A DNA stretch of 64,000 bases from Pontiella sp. (GCA_050306215.1 JBNLGU010000002.1:1438-65437); one strand, 5' to 3'; shown: positions 11,358-21,544, numbered from the stretch's first letter. Notes: generated from the letters alone by a model not told the origin. Numbers and translations are program-made.

Positions 11358-12509
11358 TTAGTGGTCGGTGGTGGTTGAGTTCTCGATCAGCTGGTCGATG
11401 GTCAGCAGCAGCGCGCCGGTCAGTTTTCCTTCATGCGTCGTGCGGATCCGGCATTTTTCGAAAGAGAGGCTGATGGTTCGTTTTTCCACTTCCCGGCGCA
11501 GGTCCTCGAGATAGTGGGGGTAGGCGTCCGCCAGTTTGCTGAGGACGAATACGCGGTCGGGGTTGAAGATGTTGACGGCTGCCGCGATGCCGTTGGCCTG
11601 CCACTCCAGAACGTTCCCGGCCATTTTCATGGCGCGCGGATCCCGCTTGGCCAGTAGGTCGAGCGCCTCTTCCGCTGGAAGCTCGAGTTCGGCATAGAAG
11701 GCGCGGTCGGCGGCGAGGGTTTCCAGGCATCCGCGGTTCCCGCAACCGCATTGCTTTCCGCCGGGCTGCATGATGATGTGGCCGATTTCACCGGCATAGC
11801 CGCTCCCGCCGGAGAGGTGCTGGCCGTTGACCACGACGCTCATGCCCACGCCGGCGCTGAAATCCATGGTGATATAGTTGGTGGTGGCGTCGGGGGTGCG
11901 CAGCTGCGCGCGGCTGAGGGCGCGCTCTTCGTGCATGATAACCGCCGGCAGGCCCAGGTTCCGGGAGATGCGTGCGGAGGGCCGTATGCCTTCGAGCCAA
12001 TGCAGGTTGGGGTTGAGCATGCTCTGGCCGGTCTCCAATTCGATCAGCCCGGGAAGGCTGACGCCAACCAGCTTGCAGGGGGCTTTCAGCTTGGCTGCTA
12101 GCGTGGTGAACTCCCGTTCAATGCTGGCAAACAGGTCGTCCACGTTGTTTCCCGTTGGGAAGCAGTGCATATGATCGTCCTTGACGTTTCCCTGGAGGTC
12201 GGAAAAGCAGATGCAGGTTTCCTGGATATCGATTTCCACCACAGCCACTTGCAGGTTGGGGGAGAGCTGATAGAGGATTTTCGGGCGGCCGAAGCTGGTG
12301 TCCTCGACCGGGCTGACTTCAATGAGTCCTTTTTCCTCCAGCTGGGCGAACAGCTTGGTCATCGTGGTGGTGCTGATGCCCAGCTCGCGGGCGAGATCGA
12401 TCTTGGAGAACAATTCCATGCGGCGCATTTGGCGCGTTACGGTCTGAAGGTTGATCTGCCGTACGATGCGGGGTTGCCCGGTGCTGTTCTTTTTCTTGGT
12501 TTTCTTCAT
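11358..12509 (-). CDS. ROK-family transcriptional regulator
   Basis: N-terminal HTH (SKIDLARELGISTTT), GEIGH, CGCGNRGCLE; divergent from the ara operon. Confidence 0.93.
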   Translation of the reverse strand: MKKTKKKNSTGQPRIVRQINLQTVTRQMRRMELFSKIDLARELGISTTTMTKLFAQLEEKGLIEVSPVEDTSFGRPKILYQLSPNLQVAVVEIDIQETCICFSDLQGNVKDDHMHCFPTGNNVDDLFASIEREFTTLAAKLKAPCKLVGVSLPGLIELETGQSMLNPNLHWLEGIRPSARISRNLGLPAVIMHEERALSRAQLRTPDATTNYITMDFSAGVGMSVVVNGQHLSGGSGYAGEIGHIIMQPGGKQCGCGNRGCLETLAADRAFYAELELPAEEALDLLAKRDPRAMKMAGNVLEWQANGIAAAVNIFNPDRVFVLSKLADAYPHYLEDLRREVEKRTISLSFEKCRIRTTHEGKLTGALLLTIDQLIENSTTTDH

Positions 12510-12691
12510 TCTTTCCGTCCACCCGTTCTGATTTAAAAGGTGCCCAATAATACCGGAAATGGCCGCTAAAAGTAAAGGACTCTAAAACGATTGATTTCCG
12601 GCGTTTGAGGCGCATTAAAGCATTTACTGCGTAGGGCGCGCATAAAGTTCATTTTTCTATTTGAGGCAGACGCTTCATTCTGCGATAAACA

Positions 12692-12718
12692 ATGTTTACG
12701 AAACTATGTTGTAAAAGT
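12692..12718. promoter_or_regulatory. Candidate ROK operator (TTTAC-N11-GTAAA)
   Basis: Imperfect palindrome ATGTTTAC-gaaactatgtt-GTAAAAGT about 50 nt upstream of araB. Confidence 0.35.
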
Positions 12719-12769
12719 GACGGCCCATGTGGCCACTAAGGAAAACAGGATCGAAAACGGGGAAGGCCA

Positions 12770-14377
12770 ATGAGTGAAACAAACGATTCCAAGGTAGCGC
12801 AGCTGATTCAAGGCGGGGAGGGCGTTATCGGCATTGAATTGGGTTCGACGCGAATCAAAGCAGTTTTGATTGGTCCGGATAACATGCCTATCGCATCCGG
12901 CGGCCACGGTTGGGAAAACACACTTGCAGATGGCATCTGGACTTATCCGCTCGAAGAGGTGTGGTCCGGCATCCAGACCAGCTTTGCCGAGCTTCAGAAA
13001 GATGTCGAAAGCAAGTACGGCGTTGTCATCAAGCGTGTTAAGGCCATTGGATTCAGCGCCATGATGCATGGCTACATGGTGTTCGATGCCGACGGCAACC
13101 AGTTGGTACCCTTCCGGACCTGGCGCAACAACAAGCAGGAACAGGCCTCGAAAGAGCTCACGGAACTGTTCGACTATCCGATTCCGCAGCGCTGGAGCAT
13201 CGCCCATATCGGACAGGCGATTCTCAACAAGGAAGCGCATGTCGACAAGATTGCCCACGCCACCACGCTGTCCGGCTACATCCACTGGAAGCTGACCGGC
13301 GAAAAGGTGATGGGTGTTGGCGAAGCATCCGGCATGTTCCCGATCGATATCAAGACCCAGGACTACAACGCGGATTTTCTGACCAAGTTTGACGCGAAGT
13401 TTGCAGGCGAAAATCTGGGCTGGAAGCTGAAGGACCTGTTGCCGAAGGTGCTGGACGCCGGCGAGGCCGCCGGAAATCTGACGGCGGAGGGTGCCAAGCT
13501 GCTGGATCCGACCGGCAATCTGGAAGCGGGTATTCCGCTTTGCCCGCCGGAAGGCGATGCCGGTACGGGTATGGTGGCTACCAACAGTGTCGCGGTTCGC
13601 ACGGGCAATGTTTCGGCGGGGACTTCGGTCTTCGCGATGCTGGTGCTGGAAAAGGAGTTGTCGAAGGCCCATCACGAGCTGGATCTGGTGACCACGCCGG
13701 ACGGCAAGCTGGTCGGCATGGCCCACTCCAACAACTGTACGTCGGACTACAATGCCTGGATCGAAGTGCTGGGCGAAGCTGCCAAGGCGTTGGGGGCGGA
13801 TTTCTCCACCCCTCAGCTGTACGACACCCTGCTGGGAGCGGCAGCAGACGGTGATCCGGATTGCGGCGGACTGCTTTCCTATGGCTACCTTTCCGGCGAG
13901 CACATTACCGGTTTCAGCGAAGGCCGGCCGCTGTTTGCCCGTTCGCAGGGCAGCAGCTTTACCTTGGCCAATTTCATGCGGGCCCACATGTATTCGGCGC
14001 TGTGCGCCCTGCGCACCGGCCTGAACATCCTGATGGTCGATGAAGGCGTCGAAGTGGATGAAATCCGCGGGCATGGCGGTTTCTTCAAGACCGAGGGGGT
14101 AGGGCAGCGTATCATGGCTGCGGCAACGAACACCCCGGTTTCCACGCTTGAGACCGCCGGCGAAGGCGGCGCATGGGGCATTGCCCTGTTGGCGGCATAC
14201 ATGGTGAACAAGAAGGATGGCGAATCCTTGCCGGAATTCCTGAACCCGATCTTTGCCGGAAGCATGGGCGAAGCGGTCAAGCCCGATCCGAAGGATGTGG
14301 CCGGCTTCAACGAATTCTTCGAGCGCTACCACAAGGGACTGGCCATCGAGCGCGCCGCGGTTGAAACGATTGCATAA
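12770..14377 (+). CDS. araB: FGGY carbohydrate kinase, L-ribulokinase (Bacteroides/Lactobacillus type)
   Basis: [32 protein letters not shown]; context with araD and araA. Confidence 0.9.
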   Translation: MSETNDSKVAQLIQGGEGVIGIELGSTRIKAVLIGPDNMPIASGGHGWENTLADGIWTYPLEEVWSGIQTSFAELQKDVESKYGVVIKRVKAIGFSAMMHGYMVFDADGNQLVPFRTWRNNKQEQASKELTELFDYPIPQRWSIAHIGQAILNKEAHVDKIAHATTLSGYIHWKLTGEKVMGVGEASGMFPIDIKTQDYNADFLTKFDAKFAGENLGWKLKDLLPKVLDAGEAAGNLTAEGAKLLDPTGNLEAGIPLCPPEGDAGTGMVATNSVAVRTGNVSAGTSVFAMLVLEKELSKAHHELDLVTTPDGKLVGMAHSNNCTSDYNAWIEVLGEAAKALGADFSTPQLYDTLLGAAADGDPDCGGLLSYGYLSGEHITGFSEGRPLFARSQGSSFTLANFMRAHMYSALCALRTGLNILMVDEGVEVDEIRGHGGFFKTEGVGQRIMAAATNTPVSTLETAGEGGAWGIALLAAYMVNKKDGESLPEFLNPIFAGSMGEAVKPDPKDVAGFNEFFERYHKGLAIERAAVETIA

Positions 14378-14385
14378 GGAATTAA

Positions 14386-14463
14386 TTAAACACGAAGGCA
14401 CAACGTACTCTAATGGGCGGATTCCTTTGTGGATCTTCGTGCCCTTTGAGCCTTAGTGTTTAA
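14386..14463. repeat. 78-bp imperfect inverted-repeat element built from CACRAAG/CTTYGTG units
   Basis: TTAAACACGAAGGCACAAC ... TTTGAGCCTTAGTGTTTAA (16/19 complementary ends) between araB and araD. Confidence 0.7.
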
Positions 14464-14475
14464 GCAGGAGACGAT

Positions 14476-15177
14476 ATGGGATTTGAAGCTTTGAAAGAAC
14501 GGGTTTGCGCGGCGAACAAGGAAATCAACCGCGTGCAGTTGGCGATCCTGACTTGGGGCAACGCCAGCGAGGTGGATCGCGAGGCCGGCGTTTTCGCCAT
14601 CAAGCCCAGCGGCGTCGACTATGACGAAATGACGCCGGACGATATTCCGATCATATCGCTCGAGACAGGCGAAAAGATCGAAGGGAAGATGAATCCATCG
14701 TCCGATACTGCCACGCACTGGCATCTCTACCGGGTGTTCGAGGATATCGGCGGGGTGGTTCACACGCACTCCACCTATGCCACGGCCTGGGCACAGGCTC
14801 ACCGCGAAATTCCTTGCCTCGGAACAACCCATGCGGATACGTTCTACGGGTCTGTACCCTGCACGCGTCCCCTGACCCAGGGGGAGATTGAGAGCGAGTA
14901 CGAATTGAACACCGGCAAGGTGATTGCCGAACATTTTGAAAAGAACGGGTTGAAGGCGGCGGAACTACCAGGCGTACTGGTGTCCAGCCATGCACCGTTT
15001 ACATGGGGAGCCAACGCCATGAAGGCGGTGGTGAACGGCCGCATCCTGGAGGAGGTGGCCAGGATGGCGTCCATCACGTTGGGGCTCGAGCCGGGCATCG
15101 GCGCGGTGGATCAGTATTTGATGGATAAGCATTATCTCCGGAAGCACGGAGCGAATGCCTACTATGGGCAAAAATAA
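14476..15177 (+). CDS. araD: L-ribulose-5-phosphate 4-epimerase
   Basis: TWGNAS, IKPSGVDY, PSSDTATH, VHTHS, HYLRKHGANAYYGQ. Confidence 0.97.
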   Translation: MGFEALKERVCAANKEINRVQLAILTWGNASEVDREAGVFAIKPSGVDYDEMTPDDIPIISLETGEKIEGKMNPSSDTATHWHLYRVFEDIGGVVHTHSTYATAWAQAHREIPCLGTTHADTFYGSVPCTRPLTQGEIESEYELNTGKVIAEHFEKNGLKAAELPGVLVSSHAPFTWGANAMKAVVNGRILEEVARMASITLGLEPGIGAVDQYLMDKHYLRKHGANAYYGQK

Positions 15178-15191
15178 CTAGGAGAGGGTGA

Positions 15192-16916
15192 ATGGCAACA
15201 TTACTACCAACGGGCGTTGTGGCAGTGGCCGCATTTACAGGATTGGACTGGGGCGTAGTAGCAGTCTTTGCACTTGCTTTGGTCGGGATTATCGTATGGG
15301 TAACCATGCAGAAGGAAGAGGACTCCCAGGACTACTTCCTTGCGGGCCGCGGTGCGGGCTGGCTGGCTATCGGGGCATCGATTTTCGCATCGAACATTGG
15401 TTCGGAGCACTTGATTGGTCTGGCGGGTGCCGGGGCGTCTAGCGGAATGGCCATGGCGCACTGGGAAATCCAGGGCTGGATGATTCTGATTCTGGGCTGG
15501 GCGTTCGTTCCCTTCTATTCGCGCAGCATGGTGCTCACCATGCCGGAGTTCCTGGAAAAGCGCTACAATCCTCAATCGCGCACCATTCTTTCGCTGATTT
15601 CGCTGATCAGCTATGTGCTCACCAAGGTTGCGGTGACAGTATACGCCGGTGGGTTGGTCTTCCAGCAGGTATTCGGCATCGACAAGCTGTGGGGCATTGA
15701 CTTTTTCTGGATCTCGGCGATTGGTTTGGTTCTCATCACCGCGCTCTACACGGTTCTGGGCGGCATGAAATCCGTGCTCTACACTTCCGTATTGCAAACC
15801 CCGATCCTTCTGTTGGGTTCGCTGATCATCGTGGTTCTTGGTCTAAAGGAACTAGGCGGCTGGAATTCGATGATGGAAGTGGTTCGTGCTACGCCGGTCA
15901 ATGATTACGGCGACAGCATGGGCAATCTGATCCGAAGCAACAGCGATAAGGATTTCCCGTGGCTCGGCGTGTTGATCGGATCATCCGTAATCGGTTTCTG
16001 GTACTGGTGCACCGACCAGTTCATTGTACAGCGCGTGCTTTCCGGCCGTGACGAGCAGCAGGCACGCCGCGGTGCCATCTTCGGCGCTTATCTGAAGCTT
16101 ACGCCGGTCTTCCTGTTCCTGGTTCCGGGCATGATTGCATTTGCGATCCACCAGAAGACCGGTTCGTTCCTTCCCTTGCTCGACAATGGCAACGCAAATG
16201 CGGATGCGGCCTTTCCGACCTTGGTCGCAACATTGCTGCCGGCCGGGGTCAAGGGCTTGGTGGTCTGCGGTATTTTGGCGGCCCTGATGAGCTCGCTGGC
16301 CTCGCTGTTCAACTCATCGGCCATGCTCTTCACCATCGACTTCTACCAGAAGTTCAAGCCGGATGCATCGCAGCACCATCTGGTGCGTGTCGGACGTATT
16401 GCCACCGTCGTTATCGTGATTCTCGGCATTCTCTGGATTCCGATCATGAAGAGCGTCGGTGACGTGCTCTACACCTATCTGCAGGACGTACAGTCCGTAC
16501 TGGCTCCGGGCATTGCCTCGGCGTTTTTATTGGGTGTATTGTGGAAGCGTGCTTCCGCGAAGGGCGGCATGTGGGGCCTGCTTTCCGGCATGATCGTCGG
16601 TCTGACCCGTCTGGGCGCGAAAGTATACTACACCACGGTCGGTGCAGACAGCGCTGATAGCTGGTTCAAGGCATTGTTCTTCGATGTAAACTGGCTCTTC
16701 TTCTCGGGCGGCATGCTGATCTTCTGCATGCTGGTTGTTGCCATCGTCAGCATGGCCACCGAAGCGCCGGATCCCGATAAGATCAAGGGCTTGGTATTCG
16801 GGACCGAAAGCGATGAGCAGAAGGCGGCGACGCGACAGAGCTGGAATGCCATGGATCTGGTCCACACCGGCATCATCCTGGCCATCACGGGCGTCTTCTA
16901 CTGGTACTTCTGGTAA
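15192..16916 (+). CDS. Sodium:solute symporter (putative arabinose uptake)
   Basis: YFLAGR, ASNIGSEHLIGLAG, TMPEFLEKRY, WYWCTDQFIVQR. Confidence 0.93.
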   Translation: MATLLPTGVVAVAAFTGLDWGVVAVFALALVGIIVWVTMQKEEDSQDYFLAGRGAGWLAIGASIFASNIGSEHLIGLAGAGASSGMAMAHWEIQGWMILILGWAFVPFYSRSMVLTMPEFLEKRYNPQSRTILSLISLISYVLTKVAVTVYAGGLVFQQVFGIDKLWGIDFFWISAIGLVLITALYTVLGGMKSVLYTSVLQTPILLLGSLIIVVLGLKELGGWNSMMEVVRATPVNDYGDSMGNLIRSNSDKDFPWLGVLIGSSVIGFWYWCTDQFIVQRVLSGRDEQQARRGAIFGAYLKLTPVFLFLVPGMIAFAIHQKTGSFLPLLDNGNANADAAFPTLVATLLPAGVKGLVVCGILAALMSSLASLFNSSAMLFTIDFYQKFKPDASQHHLVRVGRIATVVIVILGILWIPIMKSVGDVLYTYLQDVQSVLAPGIASAFLLGVLWKRASAKGGMWGLLSGMIVGLTRLGAKVYYTTVGADSADSWFKALFFDVNWLFFSGGMLIFCMLVVAIVSMATEAPDPDKIKGLVFGTESDEQKAATRQSWNAMDLVHTGIILAITGVFYWYFW

Positions 16917-16936
16917 TTCAACGAAAGGGAAACATC

Positions 16937-18037
16937 ATGAAGAAAACGATTCTTTCGCTAATCGCATGTGCAGCCGTCGCCGGCTGCACCACCGCCGCCG
17001 TCAATGTGTCCGACTTTGACTCGATCAAGGAATACACGCTGACCAACAAGAACGGCATGGTTGTGAAGATCACCAACTACGGCGCTACGATCACTTCGAT
17101 CATTGTTCCGGACCGCGAAGGCCAGCTGGCCGACGTGGCGCTGGGCTACAGCAACGTGGAAGGCTACATCAATGCCATCGACCGTCCCTACTTCGGCGCA
17201 GTCGTCGGCCGCTACGGCAACCGCATCGCCAAGGGCAAGTTCTCGATCGACGGCACGGAATATGAACTCAACACCAACAATGGCGAAAACCACCTGCATG
17301 GCGGCAACATGGGCTTTGACAAGGTTGTGTGGAACGCCGAAATCGTGGACAACGGGGTAAAGTTCAGCTATCTCGCCAAAGACGGCGAAGAAGGTTATCC
17401 CGGCAACCTGAAGCTCAGCGTGACCTACACGCTGACCGACGACAACGAGATCGTAATGCACTACGAGGCCACGACCGACAAGGCTACGGTCGTCAATGTG
17501 ACGAACCACACCTACTTCAACCTCGCGGGAGAAGGGGCGGATACGATCAACGATCACGTCCTGCAGATCAACGGCTCCAAGACCACGCCGGTCGATGCCG
17601 GCCTGATCCCGACCGGAGAATTTGCCGATGTGGCCGGAACGCCATTCGACTTCCGCGAGCCGAAGGAAATCGGCAAGGATGTCGACGCCGACGACCAGCA
17701 GATCAAGTATGGTCCCGGCTACGACCATAACTGGGTGCTGGACCGCAAAGGCGACGGCATGGAGCTGGCGGCTACGTTGTACGAGCCGAAGAGCGGTCGT
17801 GTACTGGAAGTCATCACCGAGGAACCGTGCATTCAGTTCTACGGCGGCAACTTCCTTGCAGGCAATCTGGTCGGCAAGTCCGGCAAAGCCTACAAGCATC
17901 GCAGCGGCCTGTGCCTGGAAACCCAGCACGCCCCCGATAGCATCAACCACGAGGGCGAAGAAGGCTGGCCGAGTGTGATCTTGCGCCCTGGTGAAAAATA
18001 CGATACGACCACCATCTATAAGTTTAGCGTAAAGTAG
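16937..18037 (+). CDS. Aldose 1-epimerase (mutarotase), lipoprotein
   Basis: GRYGNRIA, NHLHGG, TNHTYFNL, GYDHN, CLETQ; lipobox VAG-C. Confidence 0.93.
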   Translation: MKKTILSLIACAAVAGCTTAAVNVSDFDSIKEYTLTNKNGMVVKITNYGATITSIIVPDREGQLADVALGYSNVEGYINAIDRPYFGAVVGRYGNRIAKGKFSIDGTEYELNTNNGENHLHGGNMGFDKVVWNAEIVDNGVKFSYLAKDGEEGYPGNLKLSVTYTLTDDNEIVMHYEATTDKATVVNVTNHTYFNLAGEGADTINDHVLQINGSKTTPVDAGLIPTGEFADVAGTPFDFREPKEIGKDVDADDQQIKYGPGYDHNWVLDRKGDGMELAATLYEPKSGRVLEVITEEPCIQFYGGNFLAGNLVGKSGKAYKHRSGLCLETQHAPDSINHEGEEGWPSVILRPGEKYDTTTIYKFSVK

Positions 18038-18040
18038 ATG

Positions 18041-18070
18041 GTAGACAGCCCGTTCCTTGTGGACGGGCTG
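18041..18070. repeat. GTAG-headed stem-loop (REP-like) between mutarotase and araA
   Basis: GTAGA-CAGCCCGTTCC-TTGT-GGACGGGCTG; no U-tract. Confidence 0.45.
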
Positions 18071-18115
18071 ATTATGAAATACAAATACAACATTGTTAAA
18101 TAAGGAGTAGTTCAC

Positions 18116-19588
18116 ATGAGCAACAAACTGCAACTCTGGTTCGTCACAGGCAGCCAGCACCTTTACGGGCCGAAAACGCTCGAGCAGGTGGCCGCCGATG
18201 CGAAGCAAATCGCCGAGGCCCTCAATGCCGACGCAACCATTCCGGCCGATGTGGTCTGGAAACCGACCGTTAAAACCCCTGACGAAGTGTATGAAATGTG
18301 CCGCGACGCCAATGCCGACGAAAACTGCATCGGCCTCGTCACTTGGATGCATACCTTCAGTCCTTCCAAGATGTGGATCAAGGGCCTGACGACCCTCAAG
18401 AAGCCTTTCGTGCACATGCACACACAGTTCGGCCGCGACATTCCTTGGTCGGAAATCGACATGGACTTCATGAACCTGAACCAATCGGCCCATGGAGGGC
18501 GCGAATTCGGGTTCATCTGCTCCCGCCTGCGGATGAACCGCGGCGTGGTGGTTGGACACTGGGAAGATCCGGACGTCCGCGACGAACTCGGCGTCTGGAC
18601 CCGTGCGGCGATCGGCTGGCACGAATCGCAGAACCTGAAGGTCGCCCGCTTTGGCGACAATATGCGCCAGGTGGCCGTTACCGAGGGCGACAAGGTCGAA
18701 GCCCAGATCAAGTTCGGCTATTCCGTCAACGGCTATGGCATGGGCGACCTGAAACTCTTCGTCGACAAGGTGACCGAAGAGCAGGTCGATGCGCTTGTCG
18801 CTGAATACGCCAAGCTCTATGACGTTCATGGCAAAGCCACGGAAGAGAATGTCCGCGAGCAGGCCCGCATTGAAATCGGCATGCGCGCCTTCCTCGAAGA
18901 TGGCGGATTCAAGGCCTTCACGACCACCTTTGAAAACCTGCATGGCTTCAAGCAACTGCCCGGCCTTGCCGTACAGCGTCTGATGGCCGATGGCTACGGC
19001 TTCGGTGCTGAAGGCGACTGGAAGACGGCCGCTATGGTCCGCATCATGAAGGTGATGGGCGAAGGCCTCGAAGGCGGAACGTCCTTCATGGAGGACTACA
19101 CCTACCATCTCGACAAGTCCGGCGGCCAGAAGGTCCTCGGTTCGCACATGCTCGAAGTATGCCCGTCGATCGCATCCGGCAAGCCTTCGCTGGAAGTGCA
19201 TCCGCTCGGAATCGGCGGCAAGGATGCCCCGGCCCGCTTGGTGTTCAATTCACCGGCCGGTCCGGCGATCAACGTTTCGCCGATCGACATGGGCAACCGC
19301 TTCCGCATGATCGTCAACGAAGTTAAGGCCGTTGAAATGGAAAACGACTTGCCGAAGCTTCCCGTGGCCCGCGTGCTCTGGGAGCCGCAACCCAACCTGA
19401 AGGTGGGAGCGGCCGCCTGGATCCTCGCCGGCGGTGCGCACCACACGGTCTACACGCAGCAGGTGGATACCCGCCATATTGAAGTGTTCTGCGAAATGGC
19501 GGACATCGAACTGGTGGTCATCGACGAAGAAACCAAGCTCCGCAGTTTCAAGAACGAACTGCGTTTGGGTGAAGTGGCCTATAAGTAG
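18116..19588 (+). CDS. araA: L-arabinose isomerase
   Basis: [54 protein letters not shown]. Confidence 0.98.
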   Translation: MSNKLQLWFVTGSQHLYGPKTLEQVAADAKQIAEALNADATIPADVVWKPTVKTPDEVYEMCRDANADENCIGLVTWMHTFSPSKMWIKGLTTLKKPFVHMHTQFGRDIPWSEIDMDFMNLNQSAHGGREFGFICSRLRMNRGVVVGHWEDPDVRDELGVWTRAAIGWHESQNLKVARFGDNMRQVAVTEGDKVEAQIKFGYSVNGYGMGDLKLFVDKVTEEQVDALVAEYAKLYDVHGKATEENVREQARIEIGMRAFLEDGGFKAFTTTFENLHGFKQLPGLAVQRLMADGYGFGAEGDWKTAAMVRIMKVMGEGLEGGTSFMEDYTYHLDKSGGQKVLGSHMLEVCPSIASGKPSLEVHPLGIGGKDAPARLVFNSPAGPAINVSPIDMGNRFRMIVNEVKAVEMENDLPKLPVARVLWEPQPNLKVGAAAWILAGGAHHTVYTQQVDTRHIEVFCEMADIELVVIDEETKLRSFKNELRLGEVAYK

Positions 19589-19612
19589 GCCGGGTCCCGC
19601 TAGGTTCGAAAG

Positions 19613-19653
19613 ACGCGGTCACGTCGAAAGACGTTGGCCGCGTTTTTTATTTT
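19613..19653 (+). terminator. Rho-independent terminator after araA
   Basis: ACGCGGTCACGTC-GAAA-GACGTTGGCCGCGT followed by TTTTTATTTT. Confidence 0.85.
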
Positions 19654-19713
19654 GCGCGGTGCGCTTTCTTTGATGGCAAGGGAGCCGTTTTCGAAATGTA
19701 TGTATATTGCATT

Positions 19714-19768
19714 TGGAAGGCCGGGCACCGGCCTGGCCGAAGAGGACGACACAGAGGTCGATCTTACA
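19714..19768. repeat. REP-like doublet (two inverted 25-nt units)
   Basis: TGGAA-GGCCGGG-CACCGG-CCTGGCC and, on the reverse strand, TGTAA-GATCGAC-CTCTGT-GTCGTCC. Confidence 0.5.
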
Positions 19769-19782
19769 ACAGCCTGGACGAC

Positions 19783-19810
19783 AAAAAAGGGCCGTCGATG
19801 GACGGCCCTT
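19783..19810 (-). terminator. Rho-independent terminator after the first PII gene
   Basis: Minus strand AAGGGCCGTC-CATC-GACGGCCCTT-TTTT. Confidence 0.85.
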
Positions 19811-19830
19811 CAACGCGAAACGGTATCGCG

Positions 19831-20172
19831 CTAGCCAATGGCATCGGCGCCGGTTTCGTCGGTGCGGATACGGATGCATTGCTCCAGCGGCATGACGAAG
19901 ATCTTGCCGTCGCCAATGTTGCCGCTTTTGGCGGCCTTAACAATGGCTTGTACGGTGGCGTCCACATATTTGTCGTTAACGGCGATCTCGAAGCGGACCT
20001 TTTCAAGCAGGTTTACGGAGTGGACCTGTCCGCGATAATGCTCCGTGAAGCCCATCTGGGTGCCGCAACCGCGTACCCGGCTGACGGTCATCTTGTGGAC
20101 TTCGGCATGAAAGAGGGCTTCCTTCACGGCATCGAGTTTTTCAGGTTGTACAACAGCGATAATCATTTTCAT
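19831..20172 (-). CDS. glnK: PII nitrogen regulatory protein (GlnK/GlnB family)
   Basis: YRG T-loop, GNIGDGKIFV, IRIRTDE; downstream of amt. Confidence 0.93.
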   Translation of the reverse strand: MKMIIAVVQPEKLDAVKEALFHAEVHKMTVSRVRGCGTQMGFTEHYRGQVHSVNLLEKVRFEIAVNDKYVDATVQAIVKAAKSGNIGDGKIFVMPLEQCIRIRTDETGADAIG

Positions 20173-20217
20173 AACAGTGTCCTTTCAGGAAAGGTCTTAA
20201 GTAGAGGTTTGATGGGT

Positions 20218-20245
20218 TGCTTAACACCCAAAACTTAATACTTAA
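20218..20245 (-). repeat. Heptamer tandem array (TTAAGTW-like x4)
   Basis: Sense strand TTAAGTA TTAAGTT TTGGGTG TTAAGCA just after the amt stop codon. Confidence 0.65.
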
Positions 20246-20254
20246 AACGCATTT

Positions 20255-21544
20255 CTACATCGCCTCTTCGGGGTTGGCTTCAATCATGTGCACGCTGAGG
20301 TCGGAGCCGCGCATTTCCTCGTGCTTGCCGAGACGGATGCCGACCGTCACCTTCAACGTGCCGTATACCAAGGTGCTTGCAATGACGCAGATCACGATGA
20401 TGACGGTGGTAACGATCAATTGCGAGAAAAAGGAAACGCCGCCGACGCCGCCGAGGGCCGGTTGGCCAAAGATGCCCGCCGCAATGCCGCCCCAGGCGCC
20501 GCAGAGGCCATGCAGCGGCCATACGCCGAGCACGTCGTCGATCTGCCATTTTTCGGTCTCAACTTCGAACATGAAGACGAACAGCCCGCCGGCGATGGCG
20601 CCGACCACAAGTGCACTGATGGGATGATACAGGTCCGAACCGGCGCAGACAGCCACGAGACCGGCCAACGCGCCATTGTGCACGAAACCGGCGTCATTCT
20701 TGGAGATAAACATGGCTGCTACCGTACCGCCGACCATTGCCATGAGCGAGTTGATCGCCACCAGGCCGGAGATTCCGCTGATCTCGCCCGCACTCATCAC
20801 ATTGAAGCCGAACCAGCCCACAATCAGGATCCAGCTTCCCAGGGCCAGGAAGGGGATCGAGCTGACCTTGATCGATTGGGATTCGTAGCGCTTCAGGCGC
20901 GCTCCCAGTAGAATGACGGCCGGCAAGGCCAGCCAGCCGCCGACGGCGTGCACCACCGCAGATCCGGCAAAATCGTGGAACGGGGCGCCGAAGGTGTTGG
21001 CCAACCAGCCATCGCTTCCACCAAGGCAGTGGCTAAACTTGCCCCAGGTCATGCCTTCCACCAGCGGATAAACCAAGCCCACGAAAATGGCCCCGGCCAG
21101 CGAGTTGGTCCAGAACTTGGCGCGTTCCGCCACTCCGCCCGAAATGATGGCGGGAATGCAGGCGGCAAAGCCAAGGAAGAAGAAAAACTTTACATATTCA
21201 ATGCCGTTGTCGCCCGCCATTTCCGATACGGGAACCAAAAAGGACACGCCACGAGCGATCGGGTAACCGATCAAAAAATAAATGATGGTGGAAAAGCCCC
21301 ACTCGCAGATAATCTTGTTGAGCGCGTTTACCTGGTTCTTGCGGCGGACCGATCCGACTTCCAGAAAGGCAAAGCCGCCATGCATCGCAAGAATCATCAC
21401 CGCGCCCAATAGCAGGAACAAGGTGTTTGATGAACTCGCCATTTCTCCTGCGGCGCCATCTTCGCCCGCAGCCATCGCAGTTCCCGACAGGCACAGTCCT
21501 GCCAGGAAAGTGACCATTGCGGCCACCTTCTTGAATTTCAGCAT
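20255..21544 (-). CDS. amtB: Ammonium transporter (Amt family), copy 1
   Basis: ISGGVAER, HDFAGSAVVH, GWFGFN, NGALAGLVA, DDVLGVWPLHG. Confidence 0.95.
   Translation of the reverse strand: MLKFKKVAAMVTFLAGLCLSGTAMAAGEDGAAGEMASSSNTLFLLLGAVMILAMHGGFAFLEVGSVRRKNQVNALNKIICEWGFSTIIYFLIGYPIARGVSFLVPVSEMAGDNGIEYVKFFFFLGFAACIPAIISGGVAERAKFWTNSLAGAIFVGLVYPLVEGMTWGKFSHCLGGSDGWLANTFGAPFHDFAGSAVVHAVGGWLALPAVILLGARLKRYESQSIKVSSIPFLALGSWILIVGWFGFNVMSAGEISGISGLVAINSLMAMVGGTVAAMFISKNDAGFVHNGALAGLVAVCAGSDLYHPISALVVGAIAGGLFVFMFEVETEKWQIDDVLGVWPLHGLCGAWGGIAAGIFGQPALGGVGGVSFFSQLIVTTVIIVICVIASTLVYGTLKVTVGIRLGKHEEMRGSDLSVHMIEANPEEAM

Noticed and set aside
16958-19201. Long antisense ORFs (747 aa here; also 41840-43768, 12704-14401, 45171-46637)
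   Set aside because: They are shadows of strongly codon-biased genes on the opposite strand in GC-rich DNA
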